DNA from: Candidatus Zixiibacteriota bacterium
GTDB taxonomy: Bacteria; Zixibacteria; MSB-5A5; UM-FILTER-46-8
Assembly (NCBI GenBank): GCA_026983835.1
Contig: JALSTH010000027.1
Span: 10,433 to 74,432, forward strand
Length of the DNA stretch: 64,000 nucleotides
Reading direction: 5' to 3'
The notes below the pieces were generated by a model. It did no database searches. It was not told where the DNA came from and saw only the letters and a list, made by a program, of their open reading frames with translations. Positions 19,318 through 27,696 of the stretch are shown here, one piece after another; position 1 is the stretch's first letter, and every line of letters begins with the position of its first letter. The translations under genes were made by a program, and so were the position numbers.

Positions 19318-20145
19318 TTAAATCTCTATTTTCTTTAAGGTCTCAATAATCATTTTCTTTAATTTCGGTTCGGCTTTATTGGCGGCGGCAATTACATCCT
19401 CCAATGAAACCGATTCCATAGCATCGGGTAATCCCATATCGGTGATAATGGAAAAACCCAGTACTTTCAACCCGGAATGCCGGGCTACAATCACTTCCGG
19501 AACAGTTGACATCCCCACCACATCAGCTCCCAAAACCCGCATAGCTCGATATTCCGCCCCGGTCTCGAGATTAGGCCCCAATACCGAAATATAAACTCCT
19601 TTTTGGATGGCGATGCGGTTTTCGATGGCGGTTCGGTAAGCCAAATCGACTAATTCCTTGGTGTAAATATCATACATATCCGGGAAACGGGGTCCCAATC
19701 GGTCATCATTTACCCCAACCAAAGGGTTTTGTCCTTGAAAATTTATATGATCGGTTATTATCATAATATCGCCCCGTTCGTACTGGGGATTCAATCCGCC
19801 GCAAGCATTCGATACAATCAGTATCTTGATGCCAAGCGATTTCATCACCCTAACGGGAAAAGTCACTTGTTGCGGAGTATATCCCTCATACAGGTGGAAA
19901 CGGCCCTGCATCGCGACTACTTTTTTACCGGACAGGGTACCAAAAAGGAGTTTTCCCGAATGACTTTCCACTGTGGAAACGGGAAAGTTGGGAATATCCT
20001 TATAATCCACTTCAGCATCTATTTCAATGGCTTCGGCGGTCGATCCCAACCCCGTGCCGAGGATTATCCCTATATCCGGTTTAATCGAAGTTTGTTTATT
20101 TAGATATTCAGCCGCTTGTTCTACCTTCTTATATATATCTTTCAA
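19318..20145 (-). CDS. punA: Purine nucleoside phosphorylase (PunA / PNP type, inosine-guanosine)
   Basis: Collinear with my recollection of B. subtilis PunA (IGIILGTGLG, VAMQGRFHLYEGY, VTFPVRVMK, MSTVPEVIVA). Confidence 0.9.
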   Translation of the reverse strand: MKDIYKKVEQAAEYLNKQTSIKPDIGIILGTGLGSTAEAIEIDAEVDYKDIPNFPVSTVESHSGKLLFGTLSGKKVVAMQGRFHLYEGYTPQQVTFPVRVMKSLGIKILIVSNACGGLNPQYERGDIMIITDHINFQGQNPLVGVNDDRLGPRFPDMYDIYTKELVDLAYRTAIENRIAIQKGVYISVLGPNLETGAEYRAMRVLGADVVGMSTVPEVIVARHSGLKVLGFSIITDMGLPDAMESVSLEDVIAAANKAEPKLKKMIIETLKKIEI

Positions 20146-20162
20146 AATGCACCTCTTTTAGT

Positions 20163-20723
20163 TTAATCGATTTTGCCTTTTGGTTTCAATTTCTCTTGGA
20201 ATTCATCCGCAATTCTATCCACCTCGCTTTCGGATAAACTACTTTTTGTCCTTTCGGCTGTGGATTGTGAATTATTCGCCGAACCTGTATTCTCAAGCAA
20301 TCGTAAATGCGTTTGCAGGATAGCCTTCATCTCCGAGATGAGTGATGCTTTTTTGAGTTCGAGTTGGTGTATCTCGCTTCTCATACGGACTGTTCTCTCG
20401 GATGCTTCCTTTATAATTTTATCGCCATCGGATTGCGCCCGCTTGACAATCAATTCCGCTTCTTGCTCGGCGTTGCGAACCATTTGCGAGGCGTTTTGTT
20501 TCGCGGTGACCATCGTTTCACTGATTGCGTTTTCCACACTGGTGTAGCTTTCCAATTTCGCCCTTATCTCTCTAATCTCACCTTTGAGGTCGTCATTCTC
20601 CTGAAGCAGCTCTTCCATACGGTCGGCGATTTGATTTATGAATGTTTCCACCTCGAGGGTATCATAACCCCTAAGGGCTTTCTTGAATTCGCGATGACGG
20701 ATATCAATTGGGTTGATATTCAT
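20163..20723 (-). CDS. divIVA: DivIVA domain-containing cell-division protein
   Basis: N-terminal PIDIRHREFKKALRGYDTLEVETF lipid-binding motif followed by coiled coil. Confidence 0.8.
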   Translation of the reverse strand: MNINPIDIRHREFKKALRGYDTLEVETFINQIADRMEELLQENDDLKGEIREIRAKLESYTSVENAISETMVTAKQNASQMVRNAEQEAELIVKRAQSDGDKIIKEASERTVRMRSEIHQLELKKASLISEMKAILQTHLRLLENTGSANNSQSTAERTKSSLSESEVDRIADEFQEKLKPKGKID

Positions 20724-20787
20724 TTGAACCTCAATTCGATTGAATTATTGGGACTTTATTTATTTGCTTTCGCATTGTTTTCCCTCA

Positions 20788-21492
20788 TCAGACCGGGCGA
20801 TGACCGAAAATCGCCGAGCCGATCCTAAGCATATTGGCACCTTCTTGAACTGCTATCTCATAATCGCCGCTCATCCCCATAGAAAGGTATTTCCAATCTA
20901 TATCCCGATGGTCTCTTTTCAGCTCATCGAAAATGAGCTTGGTAAGTTGGAAATCCTTGCGGATTAATTCCTCATCGGCGGTTAAGGGACCGATAGTCAT
21001 CAAACCCATAATCCTTACTCCGGTCAAATCCTTAATAATATCCATAGCCTCATAAATCTCATCGGGCGCAAAACCGGATTTGGTTTCTTCACCGGAGCAG
21101 TTTATCTGCAATAGAATATTCATCGTTTTGTTGAGTTTGATACATTCGTCTGAAATCGCCCGGGCGATTTTTACGCTGTCCACCGATTGGATGATATCGA
21201 ACAGCTGAACTGCTTTTTTGACCTTGTTCGATTGCAGATGTCCTATCAGATGAAATACCCCATTGTATTTGCGCACGGTATCCTGTTTTGTTTCGGCTTC
21301 CTGAACGCGATTTTCGCCGATGTCTTTCAAGCCTGATTGTAATGCCTCGGCGACTATTTCCGGGGGGAAAGTTTTTGTAACCGCCACTATGGTTATACTA
21401 TCCGGATCGACTCCGATTTCACCGCATATTCGGGCGATATTATCCTTGATTTTACTATAATTACTTTGAATTTTATTTATTATCGCTTCCAT
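20788..21492 (-). CDS. yggS: YggS/YlmE family pyridoxal-phosphate homeostasis protein
   Basis: VAVTKTFP (PLP lysine), IGENRVQEA and HLIGHLQSNKVKK motifs. Confidence 0.9.
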   Translation of the reverse strand: MEAIINKIQSNYSKIKDNIARICGEIGVDPDSITIVAVTKTFPPEIVAEALQSGLKDIGENRVQEAETKQDTVRKYNGVFHLIGHLQSNKVKKAVQLFDIIQSVDSVKIARAISDECIKLNKTMNILLQINCSGEETKSGFAPDEIYEAMDIIKDLTGVRIMGLMTIGPLTADEELIRKDFQLTKLIFDELKRDHRDIDWKYLSMGMSGDYEIAVQEGANMLRIGSAIFGHRPV

Positions 21493-21609
21493 AATAATTT
21501 AATAACTTATATTATGCCTTACCCTAAAAGCAAATACAATTTTTCAGCCAGTAATAATGGATATGTTTGTTTAGGAATAGTATCTTAATTAATTCTTGAA
21601 GATGGGTGA

Positions 21610-22677
21610 TTATGATAATCTTATTTCAAAACCGTTAGTTTGTGCCTCCTTTTTGAGAAGCTCCAAAGTATTGCTTTGGCCTTCGCTAAGATTCTTCCGA
21701 TCGAAATTATTTTCCACAGTTAACTTAAGAATAGCTATAGGATTATAATTTTTGTTATTCACTATTACTGTTTCCAAGTTAGTAAATAATATCATCTTAA
21801 TAAGTCCGTCTTTAATATCCTCCAACGAAGGCAATTGGCCTCGGCTATGTTTAGCTTCTATTAAATGAATATCCTTCCCCAATATTTCAATCTCATCGAC
21901 AGTGAAATAATATAAACCGCCTAAATAATTTTTTATCGTTATACTACCTTTGGTTCCGCTTATATTTTCTTTTGGCTGAATCGTATGTTCTTCTCTTTTT
22001 TGAGCCTTTTCCGCCAATTCACGGGAAAGATTCATAAATTCTTCCCGGCTTTTTCGTAAATTAGTTATTCTTTTTTTGGCCGAGTTTACAGAATGCATTT
22101 CCACTGAAGTCCTTTTGCTAATTGCAGAATAATGCTTTATCGCAATACCTCCGATGTCCGCGATATTTTCGATTTGCTCAAGGTTCCAATGTAGAGCGTC
22201 GGATTTATAATTTAGGATATCCTTAATTTTCTCTTTAATGAAATCGATATCGAATTTTTGATGGGTTATTTTATGAGTATAGCGTTTGCTTTTTTCCGCT
22301 CCTATATAGTAGCCGATAATCACATAAACCCCTAAAAGGCTCATTAAGGATATCGTATCCCATTGTAGAAAATCCCTATCTCCATCTTTACCTTCGTCTT
22401 TGAATATTGGAATAATAGTAATCTTTTTCCCGGAAAAGTCTAAGGTATCATAGACCCTTGCGTATGGATAGGATCGTGTCCGTTTTGCGGAAACCCACCA
22501 ACTCAATGCTATTTTATTACTCTTATTGATTTCAAGCAAAAAAGAGGAATCCCTGTTGATAGCGTTTCCCAATTCTCCTATTTTATAACTTCTTAGTTCC
22601 CTGCACAAACAGGGAGTATATTTTATCCCTTTTATCTCAGCGAAAAGACTCATACTTTTTTTTCTCGCGATAGACAA
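21610..22677 (-). CDS. Putative type II (IIS-like) restriction endonuclease with C-terminal PD-(D/E)XK core
   Basis: Overlaps the stop of the adjacent methyltransferase by 41 nt. The C-terminal FTVDEIEILGKDIHLIEAKHS fits D-X13-E-x-K. I recognise nothing in the N-terminal 250 aa. Confidence 0.5.
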   Translation of the reverse strand: MSIARKKSMSLFAEIKGIKYTPCLCRELRSYKIGELGNAINRDSSFLLEINKSNKIALSWWVSAKRTRSYPYARVYDTLDFSGKKITIIPIFKDEGKDGDRDFLQWDTISLMSLLGVYVIIGYYIGAEKSKRYTHKITHQKFDIDFIKEKIKDILNYKSDALHWNLEQIENIADIGGIAIKHYSAISKRTSVEMHSVNSAKKRITNLRKSREEFMNLSRELAEKAQKREEHTIQPKENISGTKGSITIKNYLGGLYYFTVDEIEILGKDIHLIEAKHSRGQLPSLEDIKDGLIKMILFTNLETVIVNNKNYNPIAILKLTVENNFDRKNLSEGQSNTLELLKKEAQTNGFEIRLS

Positions 22678-23488
22678 TCACGAAGCTATCATTATGATTT
22701 AAGAATGTACCCTGTGCATCAAACCCCAATTTTTTCTTAATGATGGGGATGAGTGATTTATTTATTTCTATACCAATGCTGTTTCTTTTCAAGTTTCGTG
22801 CAACTTTCATCGTTGTTCCACTTCCGACAAATGGGTCCAGAACCGTTTCCCCCTTATAAGAGAAAAGTTTTATTATCCTATAGGGAAGCTCATCGGGAAA
22901 GGCGGCTATATTTTTTTCCAGAGGGGAACCGGGCATTACATTGTTCATTTCCCACAAAGTCATATACCATTTTTTATCCAAAAATTCCTTTTTACTTATT
23001 TTCGATGCTTCTCTTATGTTTTGAGAGATAGAACGATAATTAAATTTGCCTTTCTGAAAAATTATTATGCTTTCAAGGAGGTTGTCGGGATAATAATACA
23101 TAGGATAGGGGTTTTGGAGCAAAACGCCGCTTCTCCTACTTATTCGTAGGTACCCATCCGGTTTTTTCCAGACAATCCTGTCCCTATACCGAAAACCGGC
23201 CTTTAAGAATATTCGGGTTGTATCAGCCGTAATAGGATATTTTTCTCCATCCACTAACATATCATCGATATTTAATACAGCTATACGGCCTTTCTGCAAA
23301 ACCCTATAAGTTTCCTCCGCGAACTTCCTGATAATCTCTAAGTAATGTTCGTAATCCTTATATAGATCTTTATAATCAAATGGGGCATTGAAGTAGGGAG
23401 GAGAAGTTATCATCAGATGGATACTTTCGTCTGCGATTTCCCCCATATCGGTACAGTCGCCTATAATAAGTTTATGCCGGGTAGCCAC
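22637..23488 (-). CDS. DNA methyltransferase, beta-class N4-cytosine/N6-adenine (motif IV before motif I)
   Basis: ITSPPYFNAPFDY near the N-terminus and DPFVGSGTTMKVA near the C-terminus. 283 aa. Confidence 0.85.
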   Translation of the reverse strand: MATRHKLIIGDCTDMGEIADESIHLMITSPPYFNAPFDYKDLYKDYEHYLEIIRKFAEETYRVLQKGRIAVLNIDDMLVDGEKYPITADTTRIFLKAGFRYRDRIVWKKPDGYLRISRRSGVLLQNPYPMYYYPDNLLESIIIFQKGKFNYRSISQNIREASKISKKEFLDKKWYMTLWEMNNVMPGSPLEKNIAAFPDELPYRIIKLFSYKGETVLDPFVGSGTTMKVARNLKRNSIGIEINKSLIPIIKKKLGFDAQGTFLNHNDSFVIVYREKKKYESFR

Positions 23489-23523
23489 TATATATAATCT
23501 CTATTAAAATTCTTTAAACCATA

Positions 23524-24951
23524 CTATCGTTTTTTTAGGACCAAAATCCAATCCGTGTTAATTCGTTCTTCTCGCGGTACTTTTATAAAATGTTTGATTA
23601 TTTCCGACGCAAAATAATTCTCGACTTCAAAACCTATTCCAATCGCTATTGACATTATATATCTCCAGCTTTCGAATAGCTCATTACGGATCTTATTATT
23701 ACCGACCACGATGATATAATATCCGTTCTTTTTCAATACCCTATAGATTTCTTTTAAGTTTTTCCTCATATCAAAAAGATATTTATAGGCGATATAAGCT
23801 CTTCTTGGATCTTTTTCATATATTCTTCGGATAACATTATCAGCTTTCCTCACATTTATTTTATGAAGGGTTCTGTAGTCCGTCGCCGACACACTCTCCG
23901 TCCCTATATGTTTTCTTTTCAAAGGGGTTAGTGAGCCATTTTCAAAGCCGAGCCAATAGATTTCCAATTGATGTGTTCTCGGATAATCAACCGCATTGGC
24001 ATAAGGAGGTGAGGTCAAAGCTAAATTGAAATAACCGTCGGGGAAATTGATTGACCTTGCGTCTTGATGGATGGGAAAATCGATAGTGATATCGGTTGGG
24101 CATCTCTTGGAGAATTCTATCATTTTAGGCACATTTGTCAATATGGCTTCCGCAAATTTCGTCAAAGCATCCGCAGGATAAACCCTCTTGTTTAACTTTT
24201 TTCTTATAACCGTTCGCGTACAATTATCATCTGCATTTGATACGGAACGGATTATCGATGAGAAACATATCTTGAAGAAATCTTTTATATCATCCTCAAC
24301 CTTCAAAGCCTCTATGATTTCTTTAATATACGATAATTCGAGGATTATTTCTTTGTTAAACCAATTATCCCTATAGGGGAAATTTGGTATAGCATCCATA
24401 TTCACCAAGGACGGTTTGAAATCCAAAATTGATTGCAATAGCTTGTCGCGGCTGGATTCCAATTCGGATTTATTCAAGGGGGTAGTCTTGACCTTGGATA
24501 GAAAACGAGAGAAGGGATCTACATCTATCCCGACGGAATGCCGATGATTTAACAAAGCTTCGACATTTGTCGTTCCGCTGCCTGAAAAAGGATCAATAAT
24601 TTTATCACCGTTCTTTGAGTATCGTTTTATCAGCCACCTCGGTAATTCCGGGAAAAATTTTGCAGGGTATTTATGAAGTCCATGGGATAGTATAGTCTGA
24701 TCGTAGCTGATAAACAAAAATCGCCGTTGATTTTCTATCGGGAGATCTACAGGTATATCTCCATCGACCCTGATAATCTTCTCCCCGTATTCATTTATTT
24801 GTTCTTTTACATTCGGATACCCTGAAATTTCATAAAACGATTTCTGTGTATAATCCGGCCTTTTTCGGCCATTCTTTTTGCCGACTTTTTCTATGATTTT
24901 ATCCAATGAGATTGGATAAAATAGTTCACTTTTTGTTTGTGCGCGGGTCAT
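23524..24951 (-). CDS. DNA methyltransferase, N4/N6 type with motif I before motif IV (alpha-like order)
   Basis: DPFSGSGTTNVEA (about aa 120) and LTSPPYANAVDY (about aa 310), separated by about 180 aa (putative target recognition domain). 475 aa. Confidence 0.8.
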   Translation of the reverse strand: MTRAQTKSELFYPISLDKIIEKVGKKNGRKRPDYTQKSFYEISGYPNVKEQINEYGEKIIRVDGDIPVDLPIENQRRFLFISYDQTILSHGLHKYPAKFFPELPRWLIKRYSKNGDKIIDPFSGSGTTNVEALLNHRHSVGIDVDPFSRFLSKVKTTPLNKSELESSRDKLLQSILDFKPSLVNMDAIPNFPYRDNWFNKEIILELSYIKEIIEALKVEDDIKDFFKICFSSIIRSVSNADDNCTRTVIRKKLNKRVYPADALTKFAEAILTNVPKMIEFSKRCPTDITIDFPIHQDARSINFPDGYFNLALTSPPYANAVDYPRTHQLEIYWLGFENGSLTPLKRKHIGTESVSATDYRTLHKINVRKADNVIRRIYEKDPRRAYIAYKYLFDMRKNLKEIYRVLKKNGYYIIVVGNNKIRNELFESWRYIMSIAIGIGFEVENYFASEIIKHFIKVPREERINTDWILVLKKR

Positions 24952-25021
24952 ATTATTTTAGCATAAATTTGAATTTATGTATCCTTTTCGCATTGTAGTA
25001 GTTCAATCCCGCCATTTAAAA

Positions 25022-25099
25022 TGGTCGGGGAGAGCAGATTTGAACTGCCGACCTCTTGCACCCCAAGCAAGCGCGCTAACCAGGCTGCGCCACTCCCCG
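25022..25099 (-). tRNA. tRNA-Pro (anticodon GGG)
   Basis: The reverse complement reads CGGGGAG-TG-GCGC-AGCCTGGTTA-GCGC-G-CTTGC-TTGGGGT-GCAAG-AGGTC-GGCAG-TTCAAAT-CTGCT-CTCCCCG-A-CCA. It folds as a cloverleaf with a 7-bp acceptor stem, G37 and an encoded CCA. Confidence 0.85.
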
Positions 25100-25138
25100 A
25101 ACCAATCAATCCCAAATAAAAAAAATCCCCACCTAAAA

Positions 25139-25495
25139 TCAAGGGAAAAGTTTCCGTAATTCGTCCAAATCCCCCCTTATCTCCAATAAAAGCTTAATCA
25201 ATTGCTCTTTCGTGAAGCCAATATCGTCCTCCCCCTTATATCCCCTCTTAAGGGCATTTTTCGCCCCTTCTATCGTATAACCTTCATCGTAAAGTAATTT
25301 CTTTATTGTTTTAACCGTTTGGATATCTTTTTCCTGATATATCCTGTTTCCCGCACGATTTTTTCTTGGATGGAGTTGCGAAAATTCCTTTTCCCAAAAT
25401 CGCAGGACATAAGGCTCCAAATCGGTCATTTTCGCCACTTCACTAATCGAATAATAAAGCTTCTTGTTCTCACCCAAATTCATCTTTACGCCCAT
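25139..25495 (-). CDS. MerR family transcriptional regulator
   Basis: YYSISEVAKMTDLEPYVLRFWEKEF ... RKNRAGNRIYQEKDI winged-HTH signature. 1-nt overlap with the xseA stop. Confidence 0.85.
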   Translation of the reverse strand: MGVKMNLGENKKLYYSISEVAKMTDLEPYVLRFWEKEFSQLHPRKNRAGNRIYQEKDIQTVKTIKKLLYDEGYTIEGAKNALKRGYKGEDDIGFTKEQLIKLLLEIRGDLDELRKLFP

Positions 25496-26697
25496 TAATT
25501 TTCCTTCGTTTCCAAAATCCCCGCTTTCGCTTTCCCTTCCGCAAACATTAAATTTACCGCATCGCCGATATTAACCATAGAAGAGCTTTTGATTATTTCC
25601 CCGTCCTCCTTCGAACAAATACTATATCCGCGACTTAAAGTGTTTTTGGGGGAAACAGCCTTCAATTGCCTATGAAGGCTTTGAACCCTTACCCTTTTGG
25701 CTTCCATCTTATTGGCTATAACTTCAGTCAGCCTTTCGCTTAAGTGATCGAGCCTTATCGATGATTGAGACAACAAATTTATAGGTTTTTGGAACGCCCG
25801 GTGGTCGGCAATAGATTTCAATCTTAATTTTTTGGAATCCAAGATTGACACTAATGATTTGAATAAATCGGTTTGTATTCGGTTCAAGTTCGCCTCTAAT
25901 AGGGATTTATCATAGGATACAAGCTCCGCGGCGGCTGTTGGTGTCGCTGCTCGCGCATCAGCGACAAAATCGCAAATCGTAAAATCGATTTCATGTCCCA
26001 CCGCCGAAATTATAGGTATCTGCGAATTATAGACCGCATAAGCGACAATTTCCTCGTTGAAAGCCCAAAGATCTTCCAGCGACCCTCCACCTCTGGTGAT
26101 AACGATTAAATCAACTTTCTCGTAACTGTTGAAATCTTCAATGGCGGAGGCGAGGTCTTCCGCCGCACCCTCTCCCTGCACACGGGTCGGTCGGATTATA
26201 ATATTTATCCACGGAGCGCGCCGATGCAATGTGCGGATGAAATCACGCACCGCAGCCCCTTCAGCCGAAGTTATCACCCCAACGGAGAGGGGGTATTCCG
26301 GTAGCGGTCTTTTATGCTCCTCCGCAAAAAGTCCTTCCTTGAACAGCTTCTCTTTGAGTTTACGGAACGCTAAATCCAATGCGCCCGCACCTGCGGGGAA
26401 CAGTCGATTGACATCGAGCTGATAAGATCCGTAAGGCTTATAGACCGTTAACTTTCCGGAAGCGATGACACTCATTCCATCCTCAGGGTCGAAATCCAAC
26501 GATGACGCCCTCCAGCGGAAGAATACACACCGCAGTTGGGCTGATTCATCCTTCAATGTAAAATAGCGATGGCCTGATGTCCGATGATGAGTATAGTTGG
26601 ATATTTCACCGATAACATTTACAACCCCGATGGAATCCTCGATTAAATCCTTAACCCTGTCGGTCAGCTCGGAGATTGTAAGAGGCGCTTCACCCAT
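25495..26697 (-). CDS. xseA: Exodeoxyribonuclease VII large subunit
   Basis: N-terminal OB fold (VNVIGEISNYTHHRTSGHRYFTLKD) and catalytic core (ITRGGGSLEDLWAFNEE). 400 aa. Confidence 0.9.
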   Translation of the reverse strand: MGEAPLTISELTDRVKDLIEDSIGVVNVIGEISNYTHHRTSGHRYFTLKDESAQLRCVFFRWRASSLDFDPEDGMSVIASGKLTVYKPYGSYQLDVNRLFPAGAGALDLAFRKLKEKLFKEGLFAEEHKRPLPEYPLSVGVITSAEGAAVRDFIRTLHRRAPWINIIIRPTRVQGEGAAEDLASAIEDFNSYEKVDLIVITRGGGSLEDLWAFNEEIVAYAVYNSQIPIISAVGHEIDFTICDFVADARAATPTAAAELVSYDKSLLEANLNRIQTDLFKSLVSILDSKKLRLKSIADHRAFQKPINLLSQSSIRLDHLSERLTEVIANKMEAKRVRVQSLHRQLKAVSPKNTLSRGYSICSKEDGEIIKSSSMVNIGDAVNLMFAEGKAKAGILETKEN

Positions 26698-27583
26698 TAT
26701 ACCTCCCGCTTAGTTTTTCGGCTGCCGTTACCGTATTTGCCAAAACCATCGCAATAGTCATAGGTCCCACGCCGCCGGGAACCGGGGTAATATAACCCGC
26801 CACCTCGACAGCCGATTTGAAATCGACATCGCCGGCTATCCGATAACCCTTTTTTGAATTGGGATCATCAATTGCCGATGTGCCAGCATCGATAACAACG
26901 GCGCCCTGCTTTATCATCCCGCCGGTAATCGATTCCGGTTTTCCCATTGCACATATTAAAATATCGCCCTGCTTGGTAAAAACGCTGATGTCAGGGGTAG
27001 CTGAATGGCATAGTGTTATGGTGCTGTTTGCTTTTTTATCCTTCAATGAAACCAATACCGAAAACGGCCTTCCTACTAAATCGCCCCGTCCCAATATAAC
27101 CGTATGTTTGCCGACTGGCGGATTTCCGCTTCTATTAAGAAGTTCAAGGATGCCCAACGGCGTTGCAGGGATAAAGTTCGGTTTTCCCAACAATAATCTG
27201 CCAAGGTTCGCCGGATGAAATCCATCCACATCCTTCGCCCAATCAACTGCCATATTGACCTTGAGCTGGTTTATATGCGGCGGCAGCGGAAGTTGGACTA
27301 ATATCCCGTGGATATCATTATCTTTGTTTAAATCATTGATTACGCTTAAAAGCTCTTTCTCGGATATGGAGTTGGGGAGGGTGATTGTTTTGGATGTAAT
27401 TCCTATTTTAGCGCAGGCTTTGGTTTTCATCCGCACATATTGAATCGATGCCGGATTTTCGCCTACCAAAACCGCCGCTAATTGAGGAATAATGTTCCTC
27501 TCTTTCAGCGAACCGATCCGTATTTTTAGTTCGGATTTTACCTCGGATGCTATTTTTTTGCCGTCGATAATTACTGCGCTCAT
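26690..27583 (-). CDS. folD: Bifunctional methylenetetrahydrofolate dehydrogenase / methenyl-THF cyclohydrolase
   Basis: IIDGKKIA start, YVRMKTKA, GILVQLPLP and PVPGGVGPMT motifs. 8-nt overlap with the xseA start. Confidence 0.95.
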   Translation of the reverse strand: MSAVIIDGKKIASEVKSELKIRIGSLKERNIIPQLAAVLVGENPASIQYVRMKTKACAKIGITSKTITLPNSISEKELLSVINDLNKDNDIHGILVQLPLPPHINQLKVNMAVDWAKDVDGFHPANLGRLLLGKPNFIPATPLGILELLNRSGNPPVGKHTVILGRGDLVGRPFSVLVSLKDKKANSTITLCHSATPDISVFTKQGDILICAMGKPESITGGMIKQGAVVIDAGTSAIDDPNSKKGYRIAGDVDFKSAVEVAGYITPVPGGVGPMTIAMVLANTVTAAEKLSGRYNG

Positions 27584-27597
27584 AACTCACCACCGCT

Positions 27598-27626
27598 ATT
27601 ATGGATAATTACACTCCTTTTGTCAA
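27598..27626 (-). promoter_or_regulatory. Candidate sigma70-type promoter for folD-xseA-merR
   Basis: On the minus strand: TTGACA (27626-27621), 17-nt spacer, CATAAT (27603-27598). The -10 ends only about 15 nt upstream of the folD ATG. Confidence 0.4.
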
Positions 27627-27696
27627 CCGATATTAGCGAAATGGGTTATTTTATTTAATTAAACCATCGCTTTAAGATTTTACTACTTGATGTTCA

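Noticed and set aside
21493-25138. Calling the R-M block a bona fide integrated mobile element or genomic island at tRNA-Pro.
   Set aside because: There is no integrase, transposase or excisionase. By eye I could not find a direct repeat of the tRNA-Pro 3' end at the yggS-proximal border (21493-21609). It is reported only as a likely horizontally acquired module, not as a mobile_element feature.
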